A DNA stretch of 63,999 nt, the filler included, from Porpidia crustulata (Eukaryota), in NCBI GenBank assembly GCA_964255105.1. It is 9 parts of 9 records of this genome, joined end to end, with 100 filler letters (N's around TTAATTAATTAA, not from the genome) between each part and the next. Parts side by side here need not be neighbours in the genome. Positions count along the whole stretch, not along the records: positions 36,047 to 43,140 come from CAXUWE010001398.1; positions 43,241 to 50,331 come from CAXUWE010001399.1; positions 50,432 to 57,514 come from CAXUWE010001400.1; 6 more parts are not named here. One strand, given 5' to 3'. Position 1 is the stretch's first letter. Every line of letters begins with the position of its first letter. Shown in pieces: positions 39,711 to 52,791 of the stretch. The notes under the pieces are model-generated. The model ran no database searches. It saw nothing but the letters and a program-made list of their open reading frames with translations, and had not been told where the DNA came from. Made by a program: the position numbers and the translations under genes.

Positions 39711-41058
39711 TCACTTGGCCTCCTTCGTGCCCAAACTCCTTTGTGTTGCTCTTTCGCTCTTGATGCAATGCTTGATGATCCATGGGTGTTGTTGGACATC
39801 TTCCAATGATATACGTTTGTCAGGATCAAGAACCAGTAGCTGGAGACAGTCAGTATAATGCGAATGGAAAGGTGAAGGGAAATCTTACTCTTTGGATAAG
39901 GTTCTTGGCCTCTGGACTCACAAAACTTGGCACGGTCATCTCGCCCCTGGCAATTCTTCGCTGAGTCATGACTGGTGTGTCTTCAAACGGTGCTTCTCCC
40001 ACCAAGAACTCATATGTCAATACGCCCAGACTCCAGAGGTCCACTTTCTCATTATAAAAATTCTCTTGGCTTCCTGGCTTGATCATCTCCGGCGGCAGGT
40101 AGTCTAGTGTTCCGCACATTGTATTTCTCCGGTTGTTAGGAGCATGTACACTCCATCCGAAATCGGAAATCTTGATCTCGCCGTGAATCCCCACCAGGAT
40201 GTTCTCTGGCTTGATGTCTCTGTGCATAACATGCTTTTTATGGAGATACTTCAGTGCAGCAGCCATTTGAGCTATATATTGCGCCGCTTTCCATTCAGGG
40301 AATTTGTTTTCGCGACGAAGATGTTTGTAAAGCTCTCCCTTGCCGGCGTACTCGAGAATAAGAAACACCCGTTTGCTGTCATGGAAATGGCCGTAGAACC
40401 GAAGAATGTTAGGGTGACGTAGGTTGCTGTGGATCTCAATTTCTCTTCGCACTTGCTTCTCAACCTTTCCTTGTTGAAGTTCGATTTTATGCAATACTTT
40501 CAACGCGCAAACAAAGCCTGTTGTCCGTTCCTTTGCTAGGTATACCCGTCCAAATTTTCCTTTGCCTAGCGGTTTCCCAATCTCAAACATGCCCAAGTGG
40601 AATTTCTTTGGCTGTGGCTGTTCGTATATGGATGGATTGGAGAGTCTCTGCAGGGTACTTTCGTCTGAAGCTCGTGCAGACGAAGTGGCGCTGGTGCCTT
40701 TGCGAGGCGGAGATTGGGCTGGAGGTGGCATATTCGAGCCGCGCCATTGTGAGGCTTGCGAAGCAACAGTGACGGTTGTAATGGTTGAGGATTTTACAAA
40801 GGCATCATTGTTGTTCTGCAGCGCCTGCTTCAGCAGATTTGGACGATTTGTACTTGAAATTGACTGTGTACTTAAGCCGAGTCCAGATATAGACATGGCC
40901 GTGGAAAAAGATCCCTGATTACATTTTAGTGTTGCACTTGAATTGCATTATTGCTCTATTACCTTAGACTTATGGTATGTAACACCACCGTTAGGCTGTT
41001 CATTCTCGTCGTTAACGGATAGGCATTCGAGCCGCGACTCAATAGCTCTGATAGCCAT
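39711..41058 (-). CDS. IPL1: Aurora kinase
   Basis: [58 protein letters not shown]. First exon [19 protein letters not shown], last exon ..[11 protein letters not shown]. Confidence 0.95.
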
Positions 41059-41378
41059 GGTTGATAGGCAGGGAGGACTCAGGGATATGGCTCCAGTAAA
41101 GCTGGATTTCAGCGCAGACGGGTTGAGGATCCGAAGATGCTCGAATCAGTACTCCAACGTTGTACCAGGTTGTCGACAGTTATGTAGGTATAGTTTATAC
41201 GACGGCGAGAGTCAACATTAGTCGTTGCCTGAGCAACAATGCGGGTCAGCCCTACTCCTCAGCTAGCGAGAGACACTGCCCGCTAAGGCGGGGTTAAGCT
41301 CCGCAGATAATTTTGTTCGCAATAGTCTTTTGAGGCGCGAGTTACAGCAAATCATCTACTTGTACGTCCTAAATAAAG

Positions 41379-42299
41379 ATGAACGGTACTGCTACTCCAT
41401 ACTCGCACTACCCTTCAGCTACTGATGCTGATAATTCGTTGACTCACAATGGCTTCAAAATTACCACCCGGAAGCTACCAATACTCAAGGCTGAGCCCAT
41501 CGAGCAGATGACGGCGAAATTGGGCATTACCCCTCCAGAGATGATCTTCGGCGACAATATGGCTTCGATCGAGTATGTTCCAAGCGGTTGGGCCATCAAC
41601 TTCAACACCTTCGATGCGCTTGACAAGGTGGACAAGACCGGAGGGTCTATGCTGCAAGTGGCGCACTCGAAGGAGTGGCAGAGCACTCGGTACGCTGGAC
41701 TCGCAAATAGTGGGACGGGAGAACATGCTGAGGGAAGACAGAGAAAAGAAGCATGAAGGTATAACGGAAGTGGTTAAGCCATTCGACTGGTCCTACAGTA
41801 CCGACTACAAAGGTACCCTTAAATCGACCGCTCCAGTCTTCGAACCTAGTACTTCGCCTATCCCTCTAGATCTCCTTAGACGTCCTGATCCTATCTTGTT
41901 CTTTGACGAGGTCATGCTGTACGAGGATGAGATGGCCGACAACGGCATCACAATGTATTCTTGCAAGATCAGAGTCATGCCAGCACGTCTATTACTGCTT
42001 TGCCGATTCTTCATGCGCCTGGACAATGTTCTGCTCCGAATACGAGATACAAGGATATACATCGAGTTTGCGACGGGAGAGGTGATTCGGGAATACGTGT
42101 CTAAGGAGGATAGCTATGAGGCTGTTAGACATGTAAGGCTCGTGCATACATGATTTCCGAGCAATCGGTACTGATTCACATCCAGAAACTTGCAATGAGG
42201 GGTCTCGATGTACCAGCTCAATTACGAGATCCGAACGCTCTACATGATCTGCTACCAATTGTAGAGAAGTCCTTAGAGCGCCTAGTAATTAAACAATGA
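41379..42299 (+). CDS. TIP41: PP2A/TOR pathway regulator Tip41
   Basis: GITPPEMIFGDN, KPFDWSYSTDYKGT, DPILFFDEVMLYEDEMADNG and RFFMRLDNVLLRIRDTR. Two introns. Confidence 0.95.
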
Positions 42300-42633
42300 G
42301 CAAGCGGTGATGGAACCAGGAATCAGGGGTCAGGAGTTTGGCGGCTAAGGAGCTCAACAAGTTAGGGGCATCTTGGGTTATGCATTGGGAGGCGTAGATC
42401 AGATTATCCAATTAAGAATTCGCAAAGATCGCGAGCCTTTCATATGGTGAAAAGGAACGAAGTCTGTATGGAGTATTTGAGACTCAGGGCGCGTTTGCGG
42501 GCGCGTCAGTCCGTGGCAATGGACCCTTGACGAAGTCATGACGCTCACCACTAGCACTGAATAGAGTCACTCCAATTGTCCACCACCACCGTTGGAGTTC
42601 CATCTTCCCAAAACTTCCCTACTGCCGATTGAC

Positions 42634-43140
42634 ATGTCTTCAAGTACTCCCTGCACTGTGTGCTTAAGAACTTTAAGGCATAAATTGCGCCAGTCTCGAC
42701 ATGTACTCCGCCTTTCCATGTGGAAGCCTCGATTCAGTACTGATTCCAAGCAGGCTCCCACAAGATTCCGGCAGCCACATGTCCAGTCTCGGAATCTCTC
42801 CCTCTCTCGACCATGCTTAGCCGTACAAGCAGTTGCCGAGAAGCCTGCTGCTCCTACTCCGCTAAGTCCCATCCAAGACTCCAACGTACCGTCCAAAAAC
42901 ATCAAAACCCACACCCCCACTACAGCCCACAGCATCGCGGCCGAACTCCGAAAGCGAGCATCCTCAGTTACAGAAACATACATAGCTTACGGTGTCTCGG
43001 AGAAACTCGTCAAAGAATGCGCGCGCCAAGCCGACTATACCATCCCACAACGAAAATCGGGCGCCGAGATTCCCAAGACAAAGAACGGCGAAGATCTTGG
43101 AATTGGGTCGAGGTATTGGTACGACAGTAAGCCTCTCTTT
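42634..43140 (+). CDS. CBP3: Ubiquinol-cytochrome c reductase chaperone Cbp3-like, 5' part (contig end)
   Basis: Arg/Ser-rich mitochondrial presequence, then TETYIAYGVSEKLVKECARQADYTIP..GEDLGIG..WY as in Pezizomycotina Cbp3. Confidence 0.75.
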
Positions 43141-43240
43141 NNNNNNNNNNNNNNNNNNNNNNNNNNNNNNNNNNNNNNNNNNNNTTAATTAATTAANNNN
43201 NNNNNNNNNNNNNNNNNNNNNNNNNNNNNNNNNNNNNNNN

Positions 43241-43451
43241 GTAGGGGGGAGGCAGTGGCGGCGGAAGCATGGGCGGAGAGATCGCGGTTTTCGGAGAGGG
43301 AGATGGGGGATGCGGCGGAATAGATGTAAGCCAGTTCGCTACTGGAGCTGACTGGGTTGGTGGGGGTGGAGGAGTTCGGGTGGAAATAGGCTTTGCCGTT
43401 GGGGTTGTTGGTTGTGATGTGGCAAGCCACTGGGGAGAAAGGGGCGGACAT
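43241..43451 (-). CDS. Probable cupin-like protein, 5' fragment (contig end)
   Basis: MSAPFSPVACHITTNNPNGKAYF resembles the R/H-I-T-x-H/N-xxx-G-K-A-x-F start of fungal cupin proteins. Only ~70 codons are visible. Confidence 0.5.
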
Positions 43452-43830
43452 GGTTTGGAGGGAACGTGACACGGGCTTGTGGGTTCGATTCAAAGGATAC
43501 CGAAGATTGAACGTATGAAAGTCGTGAAGAGCTGAGGGACAGGATGATTAATTTTAGGAATGGGGTTGGAGATCCTTCCGTCGCTCCGGCGTTGGTATTG
43601 GTAAGCCGATGGCCCAACGAGTCCGAGATCTCAAGGGGGGTTACTAATCGTTGAATCGAGATACCTGAAACCCGCTGGGATGTCTCTCCATCAAGCATCC
43701 TGATCGCGCATCCCCAAATCGCCATAATTATCCGAACGCATCTCAACACACGCAAAAATCCTAAATCACCAGATCTGACAAACATCGCATGTTGGGTATT
43801 ACTCTCATCCTCAAAACCTACCCCCGCGGG

Positions 43831-43861
<31 letters not shown>

Positions 43862-43880
43862 NNNNNNNNNNGAATACGAA

Positions 43881-45751
43881 TCAAACCGCCACGATCTCCG
43901 CTCTCCTCTCCCCCCTTTCATCGATCATGATCCGATTCCTTACCACCACCTTGGCTGTACTCGCCTTCCTTGGATTCCGCTCCTCGAAAACCTCGTTCAA
44001 TTCCTCTAACGTCCTACCCCTCGTCTCCACGAAGAATAAATATATGAAGATAAACTCAAAGCAATCCCAAAACACGAAAAAGACATAAAACCAGTACCCA
44101 ATATTTTTCAGTGCAATCGGCGCCGCGAACGTATTGACAAAGCCCGCAGTCCCGGCCGTCAGCTGGAAGATGGCCATGCCTTTGGCGCGCATGTCGTTGG
44201 TCATGACCTCGCCGGGGTACACGGGCTGCATGGCCGTGTAGCCGACGGCGAAGACGCAGCCGAAAACGTAGATGAATGCGATGCTTGCCGACGAGGACGC
44301 CTTGCTGCCCGTCCGGACGTAGCTGGCAGCCGTGCCAGCGGTGATGGACAGGCACACAATCATGCCCGCCGTCGCGCACAGGAACATCTTGCGCCGGCCT
44401 ACGCGGTCGTGCAGGAACGCGCCGGCGGCGGCGAAGATCCACCCAGTGATGGCGTAGACGATATTGAGCAGCAATTTGGTGCTGGTGTCAGTGATGCCAA
44501 CATACTTGACTAGCGTGGGCAGATAGTAGGAAATGACGTTGTTGCCAGAAAATTGGCCAAACCAGGAGAAGGCGACGTTGAGCATGAGGCGGTAGCGTCG
44601 GTTGCGCGTCTTGACCATGTCGCGCAGGTCGAAGATGGTCGACCAGGAGGTCATGGCTTCGGTGCGGATAGCCTCTTGCATTTCGTGCATTTCTAGGCGG
44701 ACAAGGGGGTGGTTGTAGTCGCCGTTGGCATGGTATTTGGCGATGAAATCGTGGGCTTCTCCGACGCGGCCTTTAGCGATGAGCCTGGATGGTAATGTGT
44801 GAGCCATGGGGAAACGCTAGTGAGTGGGGAAAGAGTCACCATCTTGGACTTTCGGGACAGAAGAAAACGCCGCAGCAGACCAAGCCGGGGCAGATCATTT
44901 GGATCCAGAGAGGTAGGCGCCACTCGAGGATCTGTCCTTGCAGAGCTTTAGAATTGAAGGTTCCGTATACAGCGCAACTAGCGAGGATTGACCCCTGAAC
45001 GTCTTAGCAGGGATAATATTGACATGGAAGGCGTATGATTCTGACCAGATAATACAGTGTATTGTAGATCCCCGACACTGTCGCCCGATACTGCGGCGGA
45101 GCAATCTCGATGAGGATGAGAGGGGAAGCAGTGACTGCAATTGATGAAAAGAATGCCAAAAGAAACCTGCCGCCGATGAAGCCAGCCAAAGTCGGAGCTG
45201 TGGCTGTCACAATGGCGCCAACACAAACTCCAATGCAGCCGACGAATATGGCCAGCTTGCGGCCTCGCCAATCCGAGATCCAGACGAAGAGGGCACCGAC
45301 CATTTGACCAATCTTTACATACGTTAATTATACTTAGGGGTCATTGATTGGAGTGGAGGGATGCTAGCGCACATTGTAGATGGCAAAGACGATCCCGGTG
45401 GAAGCGCTGCCTCCGTCACCGAGGCCGTAGTAGGTGGTGTACGACGGCAGCGCGTTGATGCTGCCCATGAGTGACCCATCGTAGCCATTCATCGTGCTCG
45501 CCAAAGCTATTAACGCTAGACAGGCGTATAACCTCAGATATCCGGGCGACTGTTGCCGAAATCAGAACCGATGGCTCAGACGGAAGTCACGGAGCACAAA
45601 CCCACGGCGACAAAGCTTTCACTGCATCCGCATATGGCACATTTTCCACCGCAATTTCCTTTTCGATGGCCGTCTTGACCGGCTCGGCCTGCTCCAGGCT
45701 CGAGCCAAGATGCTCTTTCTCGATCCGCTCGAAACCTGTGGCTTTCTCCAT
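43881..45751 (-). CDS. MFS sugar porter of the lactose permease / cellodextrin transporter type
   Basis: TMNGYDGSLMGSINAL, DWRGRK, EIAPPQYRATVSGIYN, PESPRW|L, GQFSGNNVISYY, DRVGRRKMF and ETRGRTLEEL. Five introns. Confidence 0.92.
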
Positions 45752-46729
45752 GGCTTTGCGATGGCAGTCCCAGTATTCAGTACTCGGGAATCTTTTGGAA
45801 CCCAAATAACATAAGGGACATGCGGAAATGCTGCGCGTTATAAATCTCGCATCGCACTAAGATGGAGCAAATGTGACCTGCTGCGAGTATTTCCCAATTG
45901 AGCTGCGAAGAGCGAAGGGCCATCCAAGCTCGAGCCTCCAAACATCCCACTGTGCCCCAATCAACTGCGGGGAGGATCATCAGGCGGATGAGGTGCGGAT
46001 CTCATAGCTGTTGTTTTCCCTGATGCGATTAGTCACGGCCTTAGTGAGGGTTTCCAACTCCGTAGCCATTCGGCTTGAGGTAAAAGTGCGTTACCGCCAT
46101 ATGCAAAGTAGGTAGTGTGACCGAAACTGAACATCAACATTGCCAATGACCGCAATAAAAAATTCGTAAACAACTTGTACTGAAGCTGTAATGGAAATCA
46201 TGGGTTGTTAATTAGCTACGCTAATATTAGTATGATCGTGCTTGATCAAGACATTCCCAGTACTCCATGTATCTTCTTGTGTGGCGTTCAGAATCTTGAT
46301 TTCTTGAAATCCACCATTGATTGCACTCTTTGTCCGGAGTCTACAAGCAATAAGAAGGAAATCTCAAAAAAGAAAACCGTAAGATCGTCAAGATTCCATG
46401 CCTCCACTCGGAATTGCAGAGAATCTCGGACATGATGGGAGTGCCTCCCTGTGTTTAACCCTATCAAGAAGGTTGAAGTGAAAGTGGGCATGGCCATCCT
46501 TCTCGTACTTTGTCTTCTGACTGTACAGGATGTCGTTGAGCCAAAGCGGAGTCAGCAGGGTCGCGGCCTGTTTGTACATGGTGGGGTAGACACCAAAGAT
46601 CAACAATGCAAGATGAAGCCCCGCTACTCCGAGAGAATCCTACCATTTGTGTTTAAATCCACAGCCCCTTAAGTAAGGCACTGCCTCTACACTTTTCCAG
46701 ATATGACAATCAAGTATTATACTTTAGGA

Positions 46730-49700
46730 ATGTCTTCGTCCCCAAAGCAAGTCTCTGTGCACGAATTGAGAAACGGATGGAAGGTGAGAGCAACAGACGC
46801 GGAGGGCGAATGGCTCGATGTAGCTAGCGTACCAACCAAGTAAGTCCGATACCTCCGGCTTCAGGAAGCTTCAATGTCGTCTTTGCAGAGCTTGGCCTTC
46901 GATCTGATTTATTCAATAACCCAATAGTGTACATCTTGATCTTGTTGCTAGCAAGAAGTCAGTGTTCTTGCCCCTCGAATTCTCTAGACTGCAACCTGAG
47001 TGACAAGTGAAGAATACCAGATCCTTTCATTGCTTTCAACGAGCTTGACGCAGAATGGGTTGGGGAAAAGTCATGGACGTACAGGGTAAAGCTTGCAGAA
47101 GTACGGACCTTAGAGCAAGGTTCTACCACGGTACTCGCTTTCGATGGCCTTGATACCTTCGCAACGGTCAGGCTCAATGGCCAAGAAATTCTCAAAAGCG
47201 ACAATATGTTTGTTCCTCACCGCGTTGACGTTACCAGACATCTCCAAATGGATGGAAACATGCTCGAGATTGAATTCGAGCCGGCTTTGTTCAAGGGAAG
47301 GTGAATAATTTAGATCTGATTTCGTTTTTTCGAAGGTCGAGTTTCCGATAGTAATGCCTGTTTCCATAGGGAAATATTAAAGGAACATCCCAAGCATGCC
47401 TGGCTCTGTTCGAATGGGGAACCTGGAAGGCTTGCTGTTCGTAAAGCACAGTACCACTGGGGCTGGGATTGGGGACCAGTACGTATCAAGGTCTGATGAC
47501 AAGAGCTGTAAGTTCGAAGCTCACGGGTTGTAAGGTATTAATGACATGCGGTCCGTGGAAGCCGGTCAGGATGGAGACCTACCATGGACGTCTTGCGGAT
47601 GTATGGACGGTAGTCGAGGTCGGTGACGACTTGAAGATAGCCGAGATCACGGCAAGAGCAAATATTGAAGGCAGTCATGGAACGCAGGTCTCCTTTGCTC
47701 TTGCTATAGGTGGTGATATTATCGCAGAGTCGATTGTGAAGGTTGGTCGCGACCAATCTGCCAAAGCCGAATTCAAGATCAATACTCCTGCACTGTGGTA
47801 TCCTTACGGTTATGGTGCTCAACCCCTGTACGAAGTTATTGCCTCTCTGCTATGTGACAACATCAGTCTCGACAGCGTAAAGAAGAGGTGCGGCATTCGT
47901 CGCGCAGAATTAGTCCAACAGAAAGATAAGCATGGCAAATCATTTTACTTTAGGATAAATAATGTAGACGTGTTCTGCGGAGGTTCCGACTGGATCCCTG
48001 CAGATAGCTTCACAACTAGAATCTCAGACGACAGGTATCGACGCTGGCTAGAGCTAATGATCGATGGCAATCAATGTATGATACGTGTCTGGGGAGGAGG
48101 TATTTGGGAAGCAGATGCCTTTTACTCCCACTGTGATGAGCTTGGTATCATGGTGTGGCAGGACTTTATGTTCGGTATATCCATCCCACCCACTTCAATC
48201 AATCCACGAAGTATGATATAGACCTGATGTACGAAAGGTTGCGGTAATTACCCTGCGTTTCCTGCAATTTTGAAATCGATCGAAGCCGAATGCGAAGCTC
48301 AGCTCAAAAGGCTTCGACACCATCCGTCGATAGTCGTCTATGCAGGCAATAATGAGGACTATCAGTGCCAAGAGCAGAATGGCTTAACATACAATTATGA
48401 AGATAAGAACCCGGACAATTGGCTGAAGACAGATTTCCCTGCCAGATATATCTACGAGAAAGTACTTCCTGAAGCAGTCAAAAGATTCTCCCCCGATGTT
48501 CCTTATCATCCCGGCTCCCCTTGGGGCGACGGGAAACCGACAAGTGATCCAACGGTCGGCGATCTCCACCAGTGGAATGGTATGAACATGGCACACCCCT
48601 GACCGAATAATCACTGCTGATATAGTCTACAGTATGGCATGGGACACAAGAGAAGTACCAAATATTCGATACACTAGGTGGACGATTCAATTCCGAATTT
48701 GGCATGGAGGCATTTCCCCATATTCAGACAATCAAGGAATTTGTGACGGACGATAGCGAGCTGTATCCACAATCGCATACCATGGATTTCCATAACAAAG
48801 GTAAAAGAGCACAATGGCAATATAGGACGATGCTAACAAAATGCTTGACACAGCTGACGGTCACGAGCGACGGATTGCCACCTATATGGTCGAGGTATCA
48901 AGTTCAGAGCTGTGTTCTTGACGAGTCCTGACTGACGAACCCAGAATTTTCGAACTCGAACGGGTCTAGAAGCATTTATCCATCTTACTCAACTCGGACA
49001 GTCCGAGGCTCTGATGTTTGGTTATCGTGGTTGGCGACGGCAATGGGGTGACTTCAGAAAATGTGGAGGCGCATTAGTCTGGCAGTTGAACGATTGCTGG
49101 CCTACGATTTCTTGGGCAATCTGCGATTATTACCTACGCAAAAAGCCGTCTTATTATGCCTTGGCGCGCGTACTAGCCCCATTGGCGATTGGAGTTCAGC
49201 GAGGTACGTCTGATAGCAAGCGCCCCAGGATGTACAAAGCTCTTGACATGAATTAGCACATCACGATTGGTCAGTCGTTCACGCTCGACCGAGCAAAGCC
49301 GACAAGTATGATCTCTGGGTTGTAAGTAGCAAGCTGGAAGAAGTGACTGCGACGGTGGAGTTACGCTACATCTCGATCAAGAGCGGCAGAGAGATTAAAA
49401 CCTCTGTAATTAAGAAAGATGTGAAGATCGTTCCCAACGGCACCACAAACATACTAGACGGGATCATCGACAACCTCAACGAAGAGCAACACGTCCTTGC
49501 CGCGCGACTAGTTATGGATGGCAAAGTCATTGCTCGCGACATGGACTGGCCACAACCGCTGAAGTATCTTTCGTTCGAAGACCGAGGATTGAACGTTTTA
49601 TTTGACGGACATTCTAAGATTCGAGTCAAAGCGGAGAAACCGGTCAAGGGTTTGGTTTTTGAGGAACGAGAAGGCGTTTTTCTCAGCGATAGTGGTTTGG

Positions 49701-49792
49701 ATGTGGCGCCGGGGGATGAACAGGTTGTCACGGTTAAGCGGTTTCGAGCGGGTGATGGGCGGCTGTCGTGGAGGTATCTTGGGAGTCCTTAG
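46730..49792 (+). CDS. mndB: Intracellular GH2 beta-mannosidase (MndB type)
   Basis: FDGLDTFA, RKAQYHWGWDWGP, MIRVWGGG, WQDFMF, RLRHHPS..GNNE (acid/base), RFNSEFG (nucleophile) and WQLNDCWP. No signal peptide. About nine introns. Confidence 0.92.
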
Positions 49793-50455
49793 GGGGGGGT
49801 GTTGGTTGTTTATGGGTGTGTTGGCATTGTTACATACCCTTAATTAGAATCTCTTATAATATTAAACAATCGTACTTGTGCTTCGTGAAAAGACATCCAC
49901 CCGTTCCAGAAGAAGAGTCAGCGTCAGTGGTCAGTACTCGCTCGAGTCTAATCCCCCGGCAGCCTCTTGGCGAATGCTCAACGATCGATGGTCGTTCGGC
50001 CAGTGGTAGTCATTAGTCGTCCTTGTAAATGGTAGCTGTACCATCGTTCCTGACCACTGCAGCAGACCTAACCCTTTATCCCTCAACCCTATTCATTCAT
50101 CCCCTTGGACCATACCTACCTAATCCCACCCCACCCTCCGGCCGGAAAAACATAGTCTGAGCACCATATTGCCTGCCCCCCTTTGACTGACAATCACAAA
50201 CTTCGTCCATCCGTCCTCGAACATATCCATCCCCCCCACCCGGAAAAAATCCCATCATCTTTTGCTGAGCTCTTCGCAGATCCACATGAGAGGATAAACA
50301 TAACTTCTTTCATCTTTCGATTATAAAACATNNNNNNNNNNNNNNNNNNNNNNNNNNNNNNNNNNNNNNNNNNNNTTAATTAATTAANNNNNNNNNNNNN
50401 NNNNNNNNNNNNNNNNNNNNNNNNNNNNNNNATATATATATTGCGCAAATTGCAT

Positions 50456-52220
50456 TCATTCATACTTCACTCCCCTCTTCAATGTATCCTTCTCTTGCCT
50501 CTCGCGACCTATAGAGTAGTGAATCTGTCCTCTCATCATGCTTTCCCCCGCGTCATCAACGACAGCAATATTCAGATTGACCGGCCTCCTAAGTTGGCCC
50601 GACAAAGCACCGCCACGCAAGCTATCCAGACTATTCCTATCGATGCCGGACAAAATCGCCACGATACCGAAGCCGCCATCAGTAGGCGTGTCGTACAGAG
50701 TGATCAAGAAGAGAAACATCAGGATTGTCAATATTGGTTGCAAGCAGATCACGAGATAGAGTAGCCCGCTAGCGTTGAGTGTCGTTCTCGTAGATGATAA
50801 GTTTTCGTTGGTCGCGGGATAGGATATTTCTGGATTGTCCTCGTAGGCTTTGGACCGGTAAGGATTCGAGTAGACCGAGCGAGCCCAGTACATGGTGGCG
50901 ACCGATGTCACGATTGCGGGGACCCGCCACTGCGACGAGTTTCGGGATCCGTGTGGAGAGTAGTCGGCGATTGTGTGGTAGAAGATCGGCAAAGCGTCGA
51001 GATAGAATGGAGCGGCGTTGGTCAATGGACGGTATTTAGTCGGCAAGTGTGCGCAAGAGCCCTCTGTCAGCTGGAAATCGCTCTTTCTGACTATCCAAGT
51101 CCCTGTGCAGGTGGTCTGCCGTTGGATGTCGAATCTCATTGGCGAAGACTTCCGGAAATCTTTGCTGTTCTGGCTGTCGATCTGATATGTCATCAAGCTC
51201 TGTGCTTGGGGTGCGGGATAGTAGTCTAGAAGACAGTACGGGCTGTAGTCGCCGGAGCTGGCCGGCTGTCTGTCGACTATCATACCAAGGCATATGGATT
51301 CTCCTGGTTGGAATAGTTGATAAGACGACATCATAGTTGCCTCTTTGAAGAGTTGTTCCCACGACTTGTCATCGTAATGATGGTCCTGAGAGGAAACGTT
51401 GTATCTAGCAACAGTGGCATTGACAGAGGCTGATAACTTCCAAGACTCCTGTTTGCTAATATTCTGCTGAATCGACGAGATATAGTCAGGCGCTGGTACA
51501 TTCAGCAAAACAGATAATGCATTGTCGATCAGCAAAGTATTGAAACCGCATGCTTTGGGAAGTTGTGAAACGGGCAATGGGATGTTATCATTCGATGACG
51601 CAGCCAAGAAAGGAACACTGGCATTCATCGCAAGATACACCGAGGAAAGGTTCAAGACATTGTAACTTCCCATTGGAGGCGGCGCGACCCCGTAGCTTCC
51701 AGGATATCTAGTGGTGATGCTCAACGTTGAGTGTCCGTTGGTAAATCTCTTATACGCAGCACTGAGTGCCAGAGGAAGGAGTATCAGAAAGGAGAGGATG
51801 GCGCGCCACAAGAGCTGAGTATGCGAAAGAGTGACAGTATTCCTCAGGATAGACTCGTAATTCTGTAGGCGCGAATTGCCCCATCGTGCTTCGAGCTTCG
51901 AGGTTGAGAAATAAAGGGGGAGCGACCCGCATCATGCACAGATTCATGACGCTCAAGAGGAAGCCGATGGCGATAATTTAACCTTCGAAACCAAGTCGCC
52001 ATGAGGGGGTCCAATTCGGCGTGATGACACAGATGGCAGCGATGAGACTTGCTATAGAGGTAATGACAGCTAGCACGTCGATTCCATTCAGAAAAGGTTT
52101 CGCTCGCGGCTTTCCCAAAGCTGGGCCATCAGGCCCTTTGAGCGGGAAAGTATCGATACCATGTTGGACGGAAGTAAGCTCGGTCGCAGAGGCTACAGGC
52201 GAGTAGTAGGACTCAGACAT
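50456..52220 (-). pseudogene. Disrupted fungal multi-pass membrane protein of unknown function
   Basis: A continuous reading WRLGFEG*IIAIGFLL..LEARWGNSRLQNYESILRN..LPLALSAAYKRF requires read-through of TAA (51978-51980) and removal of a 7-bp duplication (51889-51902). Confidence 0.75.
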
Positions 52221-52703
52221 AAGCTCAGCGAGTCGAATTGCGGATGCAAGAGAGCGCTATGTGTACATTGGAGATACTGCCACAAATATGAGGACCAGTA
52301 TGAATTACAAATGAACATATAGTATTTGTACAGCCCACAGATGAAAGATGTAAAAGCCATGACCCCCAAGGTTTCTTTGCCAAAGATATGAGTCAATAAG
52401 GGTTTTCAGAATCAAACTTCCGAACTTTTCCGTCGCTGGTAAGCTCCATCCATAGGCACGCTTATGGAGTTTATCAGCGACGCACTTAACTAAGGTATTA
52501 TCTACCTTAGATAAACGCGTTTGATCTCGGGATTACTGACTTGAGAATTGCTTTTTGACTCTTCATCACCATCATAATCATCTTATTATCTTTACTACTT
52601 CACTACTACTGCTCTATATACATCTAATATTATTTCAACATCATAATAAGATGTCATCAATTGAAAAGTCCTTGGCATACACCTATCCACCCCCTCGTTC
52701 GAT

Positions 52704-52791
52704 TACACCCCTAGTTCGAGCATCACACCTAGGGTTAGGGCTGTAAAAATCTGGGCACTAACCCTAAGTGCGATGTTCGAACTAGGGGTGT
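52704..52791. repeat. Foldback inverted repeat (~38-bp arms, ~13-nt spacer) containing TAGGGTTAG/CTAACCCTA
   Basis: acacccctagttcgagcatcacacctagggttagggc is nearly the reverse complement of gcactaaccctaagtgcgatgttcgaactaggggtgt, with 4 mismatches. Confidence 0.85.

Noticed and set aside
43832..43871. Poly-G run and the resulting poly-Pro/poly-Gly ORFs
   Set aside because: It abuts a 10-N gap and is typical of two-colour sequencing or gap artefacts.
45752..46729. Four SYGGRG CreA-like sites in the permease/mannosidase intergenic region
   Set aside because: About four are expected by chance in ~1 kb over both strands, so there is no enrichment.
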